Counted from the stretch's first letter, positions 23,574-36,130 are shown. The stretch is DNA of 64,000 nt from Schizochytrium sp. TIO01 (GCA_004764695.1 SMSO01000007.1:1619270-1683269), one strand, 5' to 3'. Notes: generated by a model not told the origin, from the sequence alone. A program made the numbers and translations.

Positions 23574-24779
23574 TTATGAAAAGGCACCAGGTAAAGAAGG
23601 GAGAGTGGTCTCATTATGAGAGGAACTTTCCTTGGTCTTGGATCCAGCAGAGTTTGACAACGACAGGTTCGAGGAGGATGCCGGTGTCGCCAAGGCGTTT
23701 CTTGCTGCAGCAGATCCTCTCAAGTCATCCATAGGTTCACCGAAGGCACGGTCTGGTTTAGGTGCCGCACCAGAACCCTGTGAAATGCGGACAAGGGCTT
23801 CCTGCACGCGACGCTTATCCTTCAGATTACGATCCAGGATTGCCTTAGGGTCTGATTCACGTTTTGTTGCGTCTACATAGGTGTACGAGTACGTATAACG
23901 CTCCGGAAAGGATGGGTAATGGCCTGGCACATATAATGGTCTTTCGAGCGTGTCCTCTTGGCGCGGCACATGTGGCTTGTTAGTATCCTTGGTTTTCTTG
24001 TCTTTGTCACTGTCGTTTTTCTTGTCTTTGTCTTTATCAGTTGCACCAGAAGTGGTTGCATTCTGGGCTCCCTTGCCATCATCAACATCCATGGCATTTG
24101 ACTTGTCCCCCGAAGACGAGGTCGCGGCGCCGTCTGTACCCTCTGTAGCAGTGGTGCCATTCGCAGTGGCCGCATCCTTGGCTTTCGCATCAACTGACGT
24201 AGTACTACTATCTACTGAAGTTTTGGTAGCTGCATTGGTCGCAGACTTTCCATCATTCTGTGCGGATGAGGCTTTGGCGTTTCCAGTGCCATCTTCACTC
24301 TTTGAGCCGTCTTTCCCCTTATCTGCATCTCCATCGCCCGATTCTCCCGTTTTCTGCCTTTTAGCAGAGGCCAAGAGGTTTGCTGCAGTGCTTGAAATTG
24401 CTGGAGCTTTGCGCTTTTCACCATACTGCTGTGCCCTGCGTGGCCTTTTGTCTACAGGAAATGCCGGAATGCCTGTAGTGTAAGGCACTTGCCACGGGAC
24501 CTCGCGGCACATGCGCTCCAGATCCCTCCAATCTACTCGGTTAGGCTCCAATCGATCAAAGGACTGCAATAGATCCAATAGGTTACTCTCAGTGCGCCCA
24601 TCGTGCTCGGCGTAAGTGCGACAGAGGCGCCCAATTTTTTCAATGTACTTTCCAATGACATCGACAAAGGTGTCGAAAGCGTGGCCTTCTGCAGCGCCGT
24701 CGAAGTCTCCAAACTCCTTGGATTTGCAGATCTGCGCGACAGCGATGCGCAGCACCTGGTGCGCAAACTGCTCACTCAT
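23574..24779 (-). CDS. TAF8: TFIID subunit TAF8 (histone-fold/Bromo_TP + TAF8 C-terminal motif)
   Basis: Histone fold FAHQVLRIAVAQIC...KYIEKIGRLCRTYAEHDGRTESNLLDL and TAF8 proline-rich motif RPLYVPGHYPSFPERYTY, then VQEALVRI. ATG at 24779. Confidence 0.85.
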   Translation of the reverse strand: MSEQFAHQVLRIAVAQICKSKEFGDFDGAAEGHAFDTFVDVIGKYIEKIGRLCRTYAEHDGRTESNLLDLLQSFDRLEPNRVDWRDLERMCREVPWQVPYTTGIPAFPVDKRPRRAQQYGEKRKAPAISSTAANLLASAKRQKTGESGDGDADKGKDGSKSEDGTGNAKASSAQNDGKSATNAATKTSVDSSTTSVDAKAKDAATANGTTATEGTDGAATSSSGDKSNAMDVDDGKGAQNATTSGATDKDKDKKNDSDKDKKTKDTNKPHVPRQEDTLERPLYVPGHYPSFPERYTYSYTYVDATKRESDPKAILDRNLKDKRRVQEALVRISQGSGAAPKPDRAFGEPMDDLRGSAAARNALATPASSSNLSLSNSAGSKTKESSSHNETTLPSLPGAFS

Positions 24780-26168
24780 AGTCGAGAAAATCTCGCTAAG
24801 GGGCTTTGGAGCCTGGCAAGACTTATCAGAAGATCTTGTAGCGATTGATAAAGGGGTAGCGCAAAAGTGCGATGAAAGCAATAGATTCGAAGAAGACGAT
24901 CGATGCGATGAATCTGATGAACTTCGAAAAATGCGATGGGTTTTACGAAATCGATGAGTGGAGACACGCAACGATTTCTGAATTGAACTCTGAGATTAGT
25001 CAGTCACTAAAGTACGGATTTCAATTTTGGTCAACGTTATGAAGGCGCACAGCTGCAGAGTCTTCGGAGTAGCGCTGGTTAGTCACAATGAAGACGCCAG
25101 TGATCTACGTGAAAGGCCAGTGCTGAGCCAGTGGTCACGCCAAGCCAAGGCAAGCTAAACGCGACTCAGCCAATAGAGAAGATGTTATTCAATCCAAGTC
25201 TCTCTTTCGCTCTGTCTCTTTCGGGCTAGCTAGCCAAGGAAACACAAGCTTGACGGGAGGGGTGTAGATGACCACACCAGTGCCCACACACACTTGACCC
25301 GCGATGGAGCTCTGCTGCAGCTCCCAATCCAGAAAAAGAAGACAGCAACTTGATGATTGATCGATTTTTTATTTTACTTTTTCACCTAACTTGAATATTA
25401 GCGAACGAGAGGATTAACTGATAACTACATAGTTTAAATAGTAAGGCTGACTCGACCAGAACAAAAGAGGGAAAAACCTTGCGAACAGTTTCGATGTGGG
25501 TAAGCAAGAATAAAAAATGTGAATGAGAGTCATGACGTCACATCATTGCAGTATCTCAGTTCGACAAAACTAGGAGGTCAACTCAACTTTACTAGATCGT
25601 GGTGTTATGTTGAAATGGTTAGAGAAGCGAAATGCTGTACTTTTACCCAAGGATCTTATCCTCGTGTTTTCCATTTGTGCTTTTATAAGGTTGAGAGCAA
25701 CAGAAAATTCATGATCCAGGCAATGGACCTGAGCATACATTCGAAGTCAATAAGTGTACTAGTATGTATGGGATTTTAAAACAGCGTCTATTTTTGTAAG
25801 TACTCAAAGTGCTTGTAAAGAGGGAAATTTGATACAGGAATTAACATATTCAGATAGATGTCTCCATTGCTTGCTCACTATCCTGAAAGTAGAGATACCA
25901 AACGGAGAAATACATTAGACTAACGTGTTCGGCATTATGCTCATCAAGAAAGAACATGCGAAGCATTTCTAGCGATTTTTTGATGACCTTGCACGGGAAT
26001 AGTTATACACTGCAACGATCATAGTTGGGTGTCCTTACACTCATGACTTCAAGCCAAATGTTGACCATTGAGATGAGGACAAAATCGATAAAGTGTTCAA
26101 GTCATTTTTCTCATGCCTTCTGCATTCATTCAGAAATTTAGGCAACGACATTTGTACCAGAATTATTG

Positions 26169-27290
26169 TCAAGTAGCAGAAAAAGATGACGTGGAAGGAT
26201 CCGCCTTTGAACTTCCATGTTCATGAAGGGTATTCGAGCTTGTAGTTGTTCGGGTACGAAGTCGAGGTCGACGAATAGGATTCCGCTTAAGTCGACTTGC
26301 ATATAACCTAAATAGAGAATGAAGACCTTCGTGAGGCAAAAGCAGCATCTGCACGATCATATCGTCCAGAGTAGCAAAAATCTGGACTGCTACAAGGTCG
26401 GTGATGACGCTCATAGCGGAGGATCCTGAGTCATCAACAATGATAAAGAACGAAAGAGGAAAGAGTGACCAGGTGAGCAATGCATCCGGCAACAGACCAA
26501 ACAGACGATAAAATGCAGACCACCATTCCTCCTCTTCCCTCATTCTATCTGAGGTTAGATTGTTTTCAAATCGACGTCGACACAGATGGCGGGGTAGGCC
26601 CATTACCGTCAAAACTAGTAACAGAGGAAGGCTAAACAATACGGCAGCCAGTGCAAGAACTGTACCCCGAATCGAGTACTCCAGCAGGTTGTAAGAGGAG
26701 ATCTTCTTAATCAATGTCATTGTTGGTTCCTGACGGTCACCTACAAGTATGAGCCATGTAAATCCCATTTCAAAAAGACTTGGCAAGAGAAGAGCAACGG
26801 ATAGGGCATATCCTACACGCTGATAGACTGCTAGAATAGCACTTGTGGGCTGATTCTGGTCCTGCGCAGTTTCATCATCGTTTTGCATAACCCAGATGCC
26901 CCACCACACGAAGACTAAGAGCGTCCAGCAAACGAGACCTTTGACAAGCATCATCTCATTAGAGTACATCAGTTCTAGTTTCTGCAGCTCCACATGGGTT
27001 TCCCCGTCTTCAAGACTTCCTCTAGACTCGAGACTATTGTCACTTGTGCTTGTTGCAGCATTGCCCGTATTATTGCCAGTAGTTCCCCTGCGTCTGCCGC
27101 CCTGACTAGACGACATTAATTGTAGTTTCCTAGTAAGTTCCTCAATCCCCTCCCTGTGTTGATCATTGAGCTCCTCATCATCAATCTCATGAACCATTCC
27201 TGGTCCGCTGTCTACCAAGCCGGGTCTTTTGGCATCTTGATCTTGTCGCTGGTCCAGGTGACCGGTTTCAAGGTCACCTGCACGAGTCAT
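26169..27290 (-). CDS. Uncharacterised multi-pass membrane protein
   Basis: 373-aa ORF from ATG 27290 with 4-5 hydrophobic helices (LVKGLVCWTLLVFVWWGIW; YALSVALLLPSLF; VLALAAVLFSLPLLLVLTV; LLTWSLFPLSFFII). Family not recognised. Confidence 0.7.
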   Translation of the reverse strand: MTRAGDLETGHLDQRQDQDAKRPGLVDSGPGMVHEIDDEELNDQHREGIEELTRKLQLMSSSQGGRRRGTTGNNTGNAATSTSDNSLESRGSLEDGETHVELQKLELMYSNEMMLVKGLVCWTLLVFVWWGIWVMQNDDETAQDQNQPTSAILAVYQRVGYALSVALLLPSLFEMGFTWLILVGDRQEPTMTLIKKISSYNLLEYSIRGTVLALAAVLFSLPLLLVLTVMGLPRHLCRRRFENNLTSDRMREEEEWWSAFYRLFGLLPDALLTWSLFPLSFFIIVDDSGSSAMSVITDLVAVQIFATLDDMIVQMLLLPHEGLHSLFRLYASRLKRNPIRRPRLRTRTTTSSNTLHEHGSSKADPSTSSFSAT

Positions 27291-28650
27291 CTTCAAGGCC
27301 AAATTATTCTTCGATACCCTGCCCTTCGAGACACAGTTTTCTAGAGTTGATCTCCGCTCGGCGTGGCGCTGCTCGATTGCGAGTCCACAAGCAAGTCGTG
27401 CTGCTCCGGGACAGCCACGCGAGTAGCGGGTAGCAAGTACTGTATACACGCGCTGTTTTTGTGTGATGATTGATTACGTTTTATAGGTGTGCAGAGTAGC
27501 TCGAGGTCGAGTAATCTCTGCACCAATTCTCTGAAAATATGGGAGGGAGTAACAGTAACATTGTCCAATGGCGCGCTGACAAGGACATCCTACATAGGTA
27601 TGCAAAGTTTGAGCTGACACGAAAGGTCAGTGTGCAAATGATGCATGTTTATCTGAGTTTAGTGCTTTCTCTGCTGACTGGAATGGTTTGCTTTGTTTTG
27701 TTCTGTTCTGCTGTAACTGACTGATTTCGATTCTGTTGGCACCAATTTAGGTACAATTAATCGTAGGCCCAGCAGATACCTCTAGAGTGTGGATACGCTT
27801 GAAACCAATGCCTGTCTGCTAATTCGAAACAGTTGCTTAGCAAGTCTGGAGCGATGTCATTCTGCCTCGAAAAGTATAGGGAAAGAAACGGAAAACCTCC
27901 AGGAGGTTCGTAGTGTCTTGAGCCACATGTGGCAACATCTAAACAACATCTCAGAGTATCTCAAACAATTGCCTGGTGCACATTCGACTTCCTGCATTTT
28001 ATATGTATATTTCTAAAAATAAAACCATCAAGAGGCTTTTGTTTTTTCTTCTTAAACATTTTTCTATTTTTTTTTTTTTAAATTATAATTAAATAGAAAT
28101 AAATTAACGCAAAGATTTTTACCAATTTATTGAAAAATAAAATAGTAGAAATGATAAATTCCGCACTCACTCACTCACTCCGCTTTGTTTTTATTTTTAT
28201 TTTTATTTTTATTTTTTTGCAAATTACACATTGATCCGCATACTCGAAGCTTAAGTGCACAAAACCCAGTCCAACATGTTATTTACGTGCCACGATACCT
28301 TCCATTATCTGAAGTCACAATGCAATGCCTTTCTTTGTTGCATAATATATCATATTAAGGCCAAAACCGCTTCACTTCCTTATTGTAATGTAAGAAAATG
28401 TCAAAGCAAAGTATAAATTGCGCTCTTAAGTTTAGTCACTCCGTTCCTCTTTATAATTGGATTCGACCAAAACATTTTTTGTTGGGGGGAAAACAAATAT
28501 AAATAGGCCTAATTCTAAAAAAAGATGGCGGTATTTGGGATTACGAAAATAGTCAGAAATTGCACTGCGAATCAGAACCCGAGCCACGTGAGCTCCTCAA
28601 GATCTAAGGAACGTGCTGTTTGGACAGCTTGGTAGACACTAATAGTCACC

Positions 28651-29853
28651 ATGCGGGAGTTCATAGTGAGCAAGCTATGCTGCGGTTTGGACGTGGGGGG
28701 GACGCTGGCGAAGGCGGTCTTCTTCATTCCGGACGGACATGAACGCGGTGCAGATATCCACTCTACGCTCACAGACGCAGCGTGGGTAGAAGACGATTTA
28801 CGTATGCCAGCTTGTGGAGGGCATCTCATGTTCCTCAAGTACCTCAGCGCTAGAGTTGACCAAGCTGGTCGCAATGTACGAAAATACAACCTTCTCAGTC
28901 GAGGGAATCGCATTGATGCCACAGGTGGCGGAGCGTACAAGATGAGCGACGCATTTATGGAAAAACTTGGTATAGAACTTCACCGCCACGATGAAATGGA
29001 AAGTCTCATGCGGGGACTTTTGCTGATGGCACTTGTACCCGGAGAGGCATTCTCCTTGCGTAACATTCTCTTTAAAGGGACACTTGGTCCTGCTCGTGAG
29101 CGAATTGAGACCGAGGCGGAGACGCTTGATGCTAGTGATGGTACTGGATTTCTTGTGGTCAACATTGGAAGTGGGGTTTCTTTTGTTCACTGTACGAAAG
29201 ATGGTTATGAGCGCGTGGGAGGCTCAAGCCTAGGAGGTAGTACTTTTCTGGGTCTCACGGCGCTTCTCACAGGTGAGGACAGTTTCGATAAGGCCATCGA
29301 CCTCGCTGCGAATGGGGACTCTGCTAGAGTAGACATGCTTGTGCGCGACATCTACGGCGAAGGTAAAGAAATTTACGGATTAAAGGGGACAACATTAGCG
29401 TCTTCATTTGGTAAAATGATCTCTCGCAAAAACAGAGATGAAGCTCGACCTGAAGATATTGCTTTGTCAACACTAATTATGTGCAGCATGAATGTAGCTG
29501 CGCTTGCACATCTGCATGCCAAGTCTCGAGGAACTCGACACATTGTCTTTACAGGATCGTTTTTGGCCCGCTCTGGCCGAACATTTTCTCCTGAGGATCC
29601 TGCCTGGGATCACTCCACGAGTGAGCTGCATCTCCACAAACGTAATTCTATTGCCATGAAAACCTTAGCATATGCTGTTTCATTTTGGTCAAAGGGCGAA
29701 CGCAAAGCCGTCTTTTTTCGTCACGAAGGATATCTCGGTGCCCTTGGCGCACTTACTCACGCTGGTGTGCAGGTAACACATGCAGGCCAACCACTTCCTC
29801 AACCCTCCATCGTTGAAACATCTGCTGCTACATCTGTTCCTGCCAAACTCTAA
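28651..29853 (+). CDS. PANK: Type II pantothenate kinase (Fumble family)
   Basis: GLDVGGTLAK, ATGGGAYK, DEMESLMRG, LVVNIGSGVS, RVGGSSLGGSTF, DMLVRDIYG, ASSFGK, HEGYLGALGA. Confidence 0.95.
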   Translation: MREFIVSKLCCGLDVGGTLAKAVFFIPDGHERGADIHSTLTDAAWVEDDLRMPACGGHLMFLKYLSARVDQAGRNVRKYNLLSRGNRIDATGGGAYKMSDAFMEKLGIELHRHDEMESLMRGLLLMALVPGEAFSLRNILFKGTLGPARERIETEAETLDASDGTGFLVVNIGSGVSFVHCTKDGYERVGGSSLGGSTFLGLTALLTGEDSFDKAIDLAANGDSARVDMLVRDIYGEGKEIYGLKGTTLASSFGKMISRKNRDEARPEDIALSTLIMCSMNVAALAHLHAKSRGTRHIVFTGSFLARSGRTFSPEDPAWDHSTSELHLHKRNSIAMKTLAYAVSFWSKGERKAVFFRHEGYLGALGALTHAGVQVTHAGQPLPQPSIVETSAATSVPAKL

Positions 29854-31300
29854 ATCAAATATTGTCCCTGATTCTATCTATTTTCTTTTCTCTCCTGTTT
29901 TTATTTATGTCAACTTTTCTGAAGATATTGGAGAAGGCCAACTTTGTCCGTAAGATTATTGTCCATAGCACTCACAAGAGATTGAGATTTCACACTACTT
30001 TTTGTACCATGCTAGCTACCTAGGTGTCTAATGATGGATTTCAAGAAAGTCACTCTCACAATTCCTAGCAATCCTTTTACTTTGATACAACCTCAAGTCA
30101 AAGTATATTTCTCATGACTTAAGGTACCTAGTTATCAATCTAAGTAGTAGGTAGCTACCTGTTTCAGCTGAGTCGGTTAGCCCTCTTGAGGGTTGCTGCT
30201 GCCACCATTAATTCGTAGTCTCAGATCGCTTTCTTCTTGCACATGGATCCAGTTTTATTGGCGGGGGCGCTTTTTATTTACTTACTTACTTACTTACCTA
30301 TTTATTCTTTTCTTGACACCTCAGGCATAGCTAAGAACTCATTTATGACACTGTGCCGCTCTCTCAAGATCTTCATGTTGTCCAAATTGCTCGATGATCA
30401 GGGATCACATCTACCTACCTACCTACCAATAATAGTGCCTGGCTGGGTTAGTAGCAGACTAAGTGCTTCTAATTCTCTCTGACGATGGTTCACGCGCCTT
30501 TCTTAATTTCCCGAGTGACCCTGCTCTGCCTCGCGAGAACAAACCTCAACCCTGTCATCTTTAGGTCATCTTTAGTTTCCTGAGCACTTTCCGGGTCTTC
30601 GCTCGCTGCCTGTGAGTATTTAGGACTCTATGTATGCATGGATGAGTGTAGTGCAGTGCTGCTCTGAGGCCCTTCCTTCCTCAGGCCACCCTGAATCCTC
30701 AGGTGAACAAGTGAATAAATAAATCCCTACCAACTTCCCTTAAAAATGAACGAATGACTACCACTACACTGTAAATCTCACTTCGATCTATCTTCCGGTG
30801 ATATTCCCTGTTTGGTGGACTTGCTCGAAACAACGACCTCTTGCCAGTGCACCACCAGGACACAGCTTTACGAAGCTACAAAGTCTTGGCCTCGAGTTCA
30901 CCCCCATTCTCAGAACTACTTCCCAGCGAGCAATGATCTGAGTGCCCAATGAGTTATCGCACAGTAGCTTTTGGCCTGTGCAAGTGGGTTATTGCTCTTC
31001 CACAGTGACCTATAATCGTCCTCCACAATGGAGTATACCGTATGTTACATTCTTGGTCCTTCTCCGCCATACAGAATACTGTAGAACGAGTGGGATCAGT
31101 ATATAATATATATCCTACGATAACGAATGATACTGAGCCTCTAATCTTCGTTGCCCTCAATCGTTACAATCCAGGTACATCTGCGCGGCGCCAGCTCCCG
31201 TTCTAGTGCGCGTGCGGCGGCCTGCTTGTGCGTGAGCTTCCTCGTCGCCCCGTTTCCTTCTCCCCTCTTTGGTCTCTCGCTATCTTGCGTGTCCTTCACC

Positions 31301-32203
31301 ATGGCCTCTGAGAAGACGCCTCTTGTGGGCCGCGATGGCGCCGCTGGTCCTCACCGCGATCTCTCCCTGGCTCGCGACGCCTATGCCAGCCACAATGCCG
31401 ATCTTTCTCGCAAGGCTCACCAGGCTGCTTCGGCCTCCCAGGCTCAGAACCACGAGGATGGCCACCAAAGCGAGGGCGACTTCATTAAGAGCGTGGTTTT
31501 CGGCGGCCTCGACGGCATTTTGACGACCTTTGCCATTGTCTCTGGTGCCACCGGTGGCTCTCTCGGCGTGGAGGCTATCCTCATTCTCGGTTGGAGCTCC
31601 AAGCTCGCTGATGCTCTGTCTATGGGTCTTGGTGACGCCCTTTCGTCGCGTGCAGAGCTCGAATTTATTTTGAAGGAACGCGAGCGCGAGTACTGGGAGT
31701 TCGACAACTACCCAGAGGGCGAGAAGGAGGAGATGATGGAGCTTTACAAGATGCGTGGTATGACCGAGTCTGACGCTAAGCTGGTAATTGACCTCATGGC
31801 TGACCACCGCGACTTCTTTGTTGACGTTATGATGGTTGAGGAACTGGGTCTCCAGGTCCCTACCGGCGACGAAAACCCTTGGTTCGAAGGCTTCGTTACC
31901 TTCTGCTCCTTCATCTTTTTTGGATTCTTCCCGCTCCTTGGATACTGCATCTTTCCCTTTGCCTTCCCGCACATGTCTGATCATACCTTGTTTGTGATTG
32001 CATGTGTGTTTTCGGGCCTCACACTCTTTGCGCTTGGAGCTGTGAAGTCCATGTTCTCCGTGAAGACGTGGTACACATCGGGCTTTGAGATGCTCATCAT
32101 CGGATCTGCAGTTTGTGCAGTGGCGTACTCTATTGGCGCACTTACAAGCGCTGTTGTTGGTATTGACCCGGACCAGATTGAGATGGGCAGTATCAAGAAC
32201 TAA
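31301..32203 (+). CDS. VIT1: Vacuolar iron transporter VIT1/CCC1 family
   Basis: KSVVFGGLDGILTTFAIVSG, LADALSMGLGDALS, EREREYWE..NYPEGEKEEM, MMVEELG; five TM helices; strong C-ending codon bias. Confidence 0.95.
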   Translation: MASEKTPLVGRDGAAGPHRDLSLARDAYASHNADLSRKAHQAASASQAQNHEDGHQSEGDFIKSVVFGGLDGILTTFAIVSGATGGSLGVEAILILGWSSKLADALSMGLGDALSSRAELEFILKEREREYWEFDNYPEGEKEEMMELYKMRGMTESDAKLVIDLMADHRDFFVDVMMVEELGLQVPTGDENPWFEGFVTFCSFIFFGFFPLLGYCIFPFAFPHMSDHTLFVIACVFSGLTLFALGAVKSMFSVKTWYTSGFEMLIIGSAVCAVAYSIGALTSAVVGIDPDQIEMGSIKN

Positions 32204-33294
32204 GGGATTCACTAACATTTAGCGACAATATGGAAGCACACCATGTCCCAGCGAAATAACATAGCTGGATGCGAAATCTTTTGCCGCTTTAGGAGCAATC
32301 CTAGAGCATTTTGAACCCCTCGCTTCTCTAGCACACATCAGGAGTGTCGAGCAATGCTTATGCTTCAGCAGGATCTATTGATCTGTAGAATATAGATGTT
32401 TAGGTTTGGTTTGTTGGGGGGATGGGCGAGAGGAGACTTCTAGTGTGATTAGATAAGCAGAACGCCGGTGTTTCGTTGCTCATCAAAGATGGATGCATTT
32501 TTAATTAGAACTTGACATGTGCGGGAGGGCTTCGTTTCTCCTCGCAGGTGTCTCTGGTGGAATGACTCGTACATTGGGCGGTGTTTGCTCTTCCTCTGCA
32601 GGTAGTGGATACAGATATCAGTAGACCCTCTCAATTCTCTCTTTTTAACCTGCTCCTTCCCTTCGTTCATGATCTTTTTTATGAGATGGGAGCGAGCACA
32701 AACTCAAGCAACATCAGTAATTATATAGGCCACGACAACAATGGTACGATCGTTATCATCTTTTACAACAGGGACACTCAGTATGAGATCCTATACATTA
32801 TATGTTAAGAGCCTATATACATAAGTATACTTACTTTTCTTTCTTTCATGCATGCATGTTTGGTTCTTTCTTCTTGTGAAGCCAAAAATAAGTATTGCAA
32901 TTCATTGAGAAGAAAGCCCAACTTTCTTTAAAATAATGTTGCAGCTTTTTTAAACGCTCTCCCCACAACACTTTTCGCGCTATTGGAGATGGAAATATAT
33001 TATGTCGTGATTATCTGAACCACATGAATACTTGCTAGTTATTCAACTGCATTATCGCCATCTCATTTTTAAAACTGCAAGTCCAAGCAACTAAAACTAG
33101 GCAACACTCCTTGATCAAGATAGAGGAAACTATGGTAATTTATATTAATTAATTCAAGATACGAAGGAATCTCGTTGTTGAGGCTCCAGCAGCTAGCAAC
33201 TATCTTCTATTGTTAAATAGAGTTTGGCATCATCAGCAGCAGCCATTTTATCAAAGATCCCTAAATGCAGAAACGGCTTCCAGTCATCAAAAAC

Positions 33295-34302
33295 TTAGAG
33301 CTTTCCATTGATAAGGTAGTCGCTGATCTGAACATCGGCCTTGCCAGTATCAGCCAGGTCGCCCTCGAAGCGGCGGCGGCGGAATTCGCCCCAGGTAAAC
33401 GGCGAGTACATTGCAGGAACCATGTCGCGCGTTCGCTTTTGCAGCACAGCATCGTACGCGGGGTTAAGGAAAAACGGCGCAGAGTACCGGTCGGCCTCCG
33501 CGTTCGCAAGCACGCGGTGCAGTGGCGATTGAAAGCGGTCATTGGACCAGACTTGGCACACATCACCAATATTGATAATGAAGGAGTTCTTCGCAGGGTG
33601 CACTCGAGCCCAGCGCTGTGCAACGCGATCAAACACCTGTAATGAACACGGGTCTCCTTCACGCTGACGCAGAACTGTCAACATCCCGGCGTCAGTGTGG
33701 CGGTTCACAGAAAGCACTCCATCTTCTTCAGGGTTGGGCTCCGCTCGATCCGAGTGCCAGTCCTCAGCAACAATGCGTTTGTCTTTGCAGGTCGGATAGA
33801 AATTGATACGCAGGAACGAAGTGTTCGGACGAAGCTCAGGGTCAAATGTGTTTGCAGGGAGGTCGAGGCCACTCGCGAGAAGGCTTGCCAGATGCAAGGC
33901 AAGATCTTCAACTTCTGTAAAATAAGTCTTGACCTTGGCTGTGAAATCCTCGGGCTCATTGGGCCACTGATTTGTACCGTCGATGGCAAATTCGCCCTCG
34001 GCGCCGACGTCAAAGCACTCCTTGAAATCTGGGGTCTGCTTGGTGAGTTCGTCGTCGAACCATCCGCGAGTGTTGTTTGCGTGGCGCTTCACGAGGGATT
34101 TCTTGCTCTTTGGCAACTTGAAAAACCTCTGCACAGCATCATCAAAGGCATCGATGGTGCCCGAGCTCACACTGTGGTTGACCACCTGGAAAAAACCCCA
34201 GCGTTCACACGCATCGCGAACAGCATGAACTACCTCGGTCTCGTTGCGGCTTAGGTCGATCACCGGCGGCTCCGTGCCCTTACGAAAGTCATCCACGGAC
34301 AT
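33295..34302 (-). CDS. 2-oxoglutarate/Fe(II)-dependent dioxygenase (DIOX_N + 2OG-FeII_Oxy, IPNS/plant-like)
   Basis: PPVIDLS, ACERWGFFQVVNH, LRINFYP, HTDAG, INIGD, WSNDRFQSPLHRV, RYSAPFF (HxD...H iron triad and RxS). ATG at 34302. Confidence 0.95.
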   Translation of the reverse strand: MSVDDFRKGTEPPVIDLSRNETEVVHAVRDACERWGFFQVVNHSVSSGTIDAFDDAVQRFFKLPKSKKSLVKRHANNTRGWFDDELTKQTPDFKECFDVGAEGEFAIDGTNQWPNEPEDFTAKVKTYFTEVEDLALHLASLLASGLDLPANTFDPELRPNTSFLRINFYPTCKDKRIVAEDWHSDRAEPNPEEDGVLSVNRHTDAGMLTVLRQREGDPCSLQVFDRVAQRWARVHPAKNSFIINIGDVCQVWSNDRFQSPLHRVLANAEADRYSAPFFLNPAYDAVLQKRTRDMVPAMYSPFTWGEFRRRRFEGDLADTGKADVQISDYLINGKL

Positions 34303-34749
34303 CTTCTCCTTCACAGCTGCTACGGCTTCTCTCTTCCAGCTCGGACCGATAGATAGGTAGATAGACACCAAACTCGGGCCTGTTCTCCAGAGTCCTGCCA
34401 GCCAAGTCTAGCGAGCGGCAATCAGCTGTTCGGGTGGACCTCGCAAATCGACGAATTAGCGATTTGACGACGACTACGATTTCTTTTTATTTTACTCTGC
34501 GTCCGTACTCTAAAAAAAATTAAAAAAAATTGCAGAAGCAACCATCCCAGAAATCAATGAATCATCAATCTCCAACGCCAGGTCCAAAGCCTTCGGGGGG
34601 CACCTTGCGTGCGTGGTGTCAGCGACCACCTGCACTTGACCTCTCCTCCAAGCGCAGCCTCAGTCTCCGCAGTCCTGAAGCCGTGATTCCGTGGCATACT
34701 ATGCATTCCTGTGCATCTCTGTCTATCACATAACTGCAAATATACTGTA

Positions 34750-35175
34750 TTTATGTACGGCACAACGGCGCAATAACCAATAGCCAATTCTGAAGGCGTC
34801 CCGCGATTCGTTGAGCTGGGACCTCTGCGCCCCGACGGCGCCAAAGCAGGCGGCTGGCCTTGGGCCCGGCCCAGGTGGCTCCGGGGCTTTCATCCGGCCA
34901 GACTGGCCGCTTCTGTGAGAGGCGAGGCGCTCGGCAGAGAAAGTTGATTGGGCAGAACTCACAAAACTTGGACAAATGTATACAGAAAAAGAGGGTACCG
35001 ACTGAGTGAGGTCTTATCTATCGGCGGAGACCGGGAGCGAAGCTGGCTGGCTGTACGGCGGGTGGTTGTGCGAGCAAGGCCAGGGACCGGCGCATGGTTC
35101 TCCATGGGCGCAGGCGGGCAAGCTCGCGAGAGCAGATCCTCCTGCATCGATCGATGGACGATGATCGTCACGTGA
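34750..35175. promoter_or_regulatory. GC-rich island with CCAAT boxes between divergent genes (candidate promoter region)
   Basis: Locally high GC with ACCAATAGCCAAT (~34778) and GATTGG (~34945), lying between the divergent dioxygenase (-) and Sec66-like (+) genes. Confidence 0.3.
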
Positions 35176-35223
35176 GGTTGTGTTTTTTGTCGATATCATT
35201 CTCATTTTTTGTAAGTTCTCCTT

Positions 35224-35300
35224 ATTTTCATTTCATTTCATTTTATTTTATTTTATTTATTTATTTTATTTTATTTATTTTATTTTATTTATTTTATTTT
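35224..35300 (+). repeat. (TTTA/TTTTA)n AT-rich microsatellite
   Basis: Run of ttttattttatttattt... visible directly. Confidence 0.9.
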
Positions 35301-36130
35301 TGAAGTTTAGAAATAAGAGCTTTTCTTTAATTAATTTAAATTAAAAACCAAAATCCAAAAAACATTACAATGATTAAACACGACGAGGATCGTGCATGAA
35401 ATGAATAACAAAGAAATGAAGAAGAACTTGAAAAACAAGCAAAAGTAACTGTGCTTGGGCGGACCTCAAGCCAGAGCTATAAGCCACGGATAACTTGCCG
35501 AAACAATACGCTGAGCAATCCTCCGCTCGCTCGAAGTTCTACTACATGCGCTTTCTTGGTGATCGAAATTATCAAAATAGATGAAAACACTCTTCTCTGA
35601 TAATAGTATAAACAAAAAACCACCCACAAAAAGCGTAGTGGCACCTCAGTAGTAGTCCCAGTGTGTGCAGAACGTACTAGGCACTCATTCAGAACGTTCT
35701 TCGCACGTTCTATCCAGCGTGGAGCAGATCGAACTTTTGCAATGTTTGGAACAAATATATCGTATAGAACACATGGAACGTCTCGAAGAACAGCGGTATT
35801 TTCGAAGGAAACAAGAAATCTAACAGCTGTAGCAGAAGTCGCGACAGAGTTGACGCCGTTGCCTGTGCAAGCGCCGCGTGCACTGCGTCCCGGAATCCAC
35901 GCAGCAAAGTTTTCTGTCCCTCACTGTCATATATCGCTGCAGCAGCTGCGCTTCGCAGTTAGTTTTCTTGAGAGGGGCCTCCGATCTGGGCTCGGAAGCC
36001 CGTTTGGGAGTCGATCGAACGGGCGACAGTCTCGAGAAAGACAAGCAAAAGCGCTGTGAAGGGCGACAAAGACAAGGCGACAAAGATTGATTATTAAATC
36101 GTTGATTTTGAACTATCTTACAGTCGCAAG

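Noticed and set aside
31280-32218. 312-aa antisense ORF over VIT1, and similar long antisense or alternate-frame ORFs over MRE11, TAF8, the dioxygenase, the Tudor gene and ABCB
   Set aside because: Shadow ORFs produced by codon bias and low complexity of the real genes; no domain signal.
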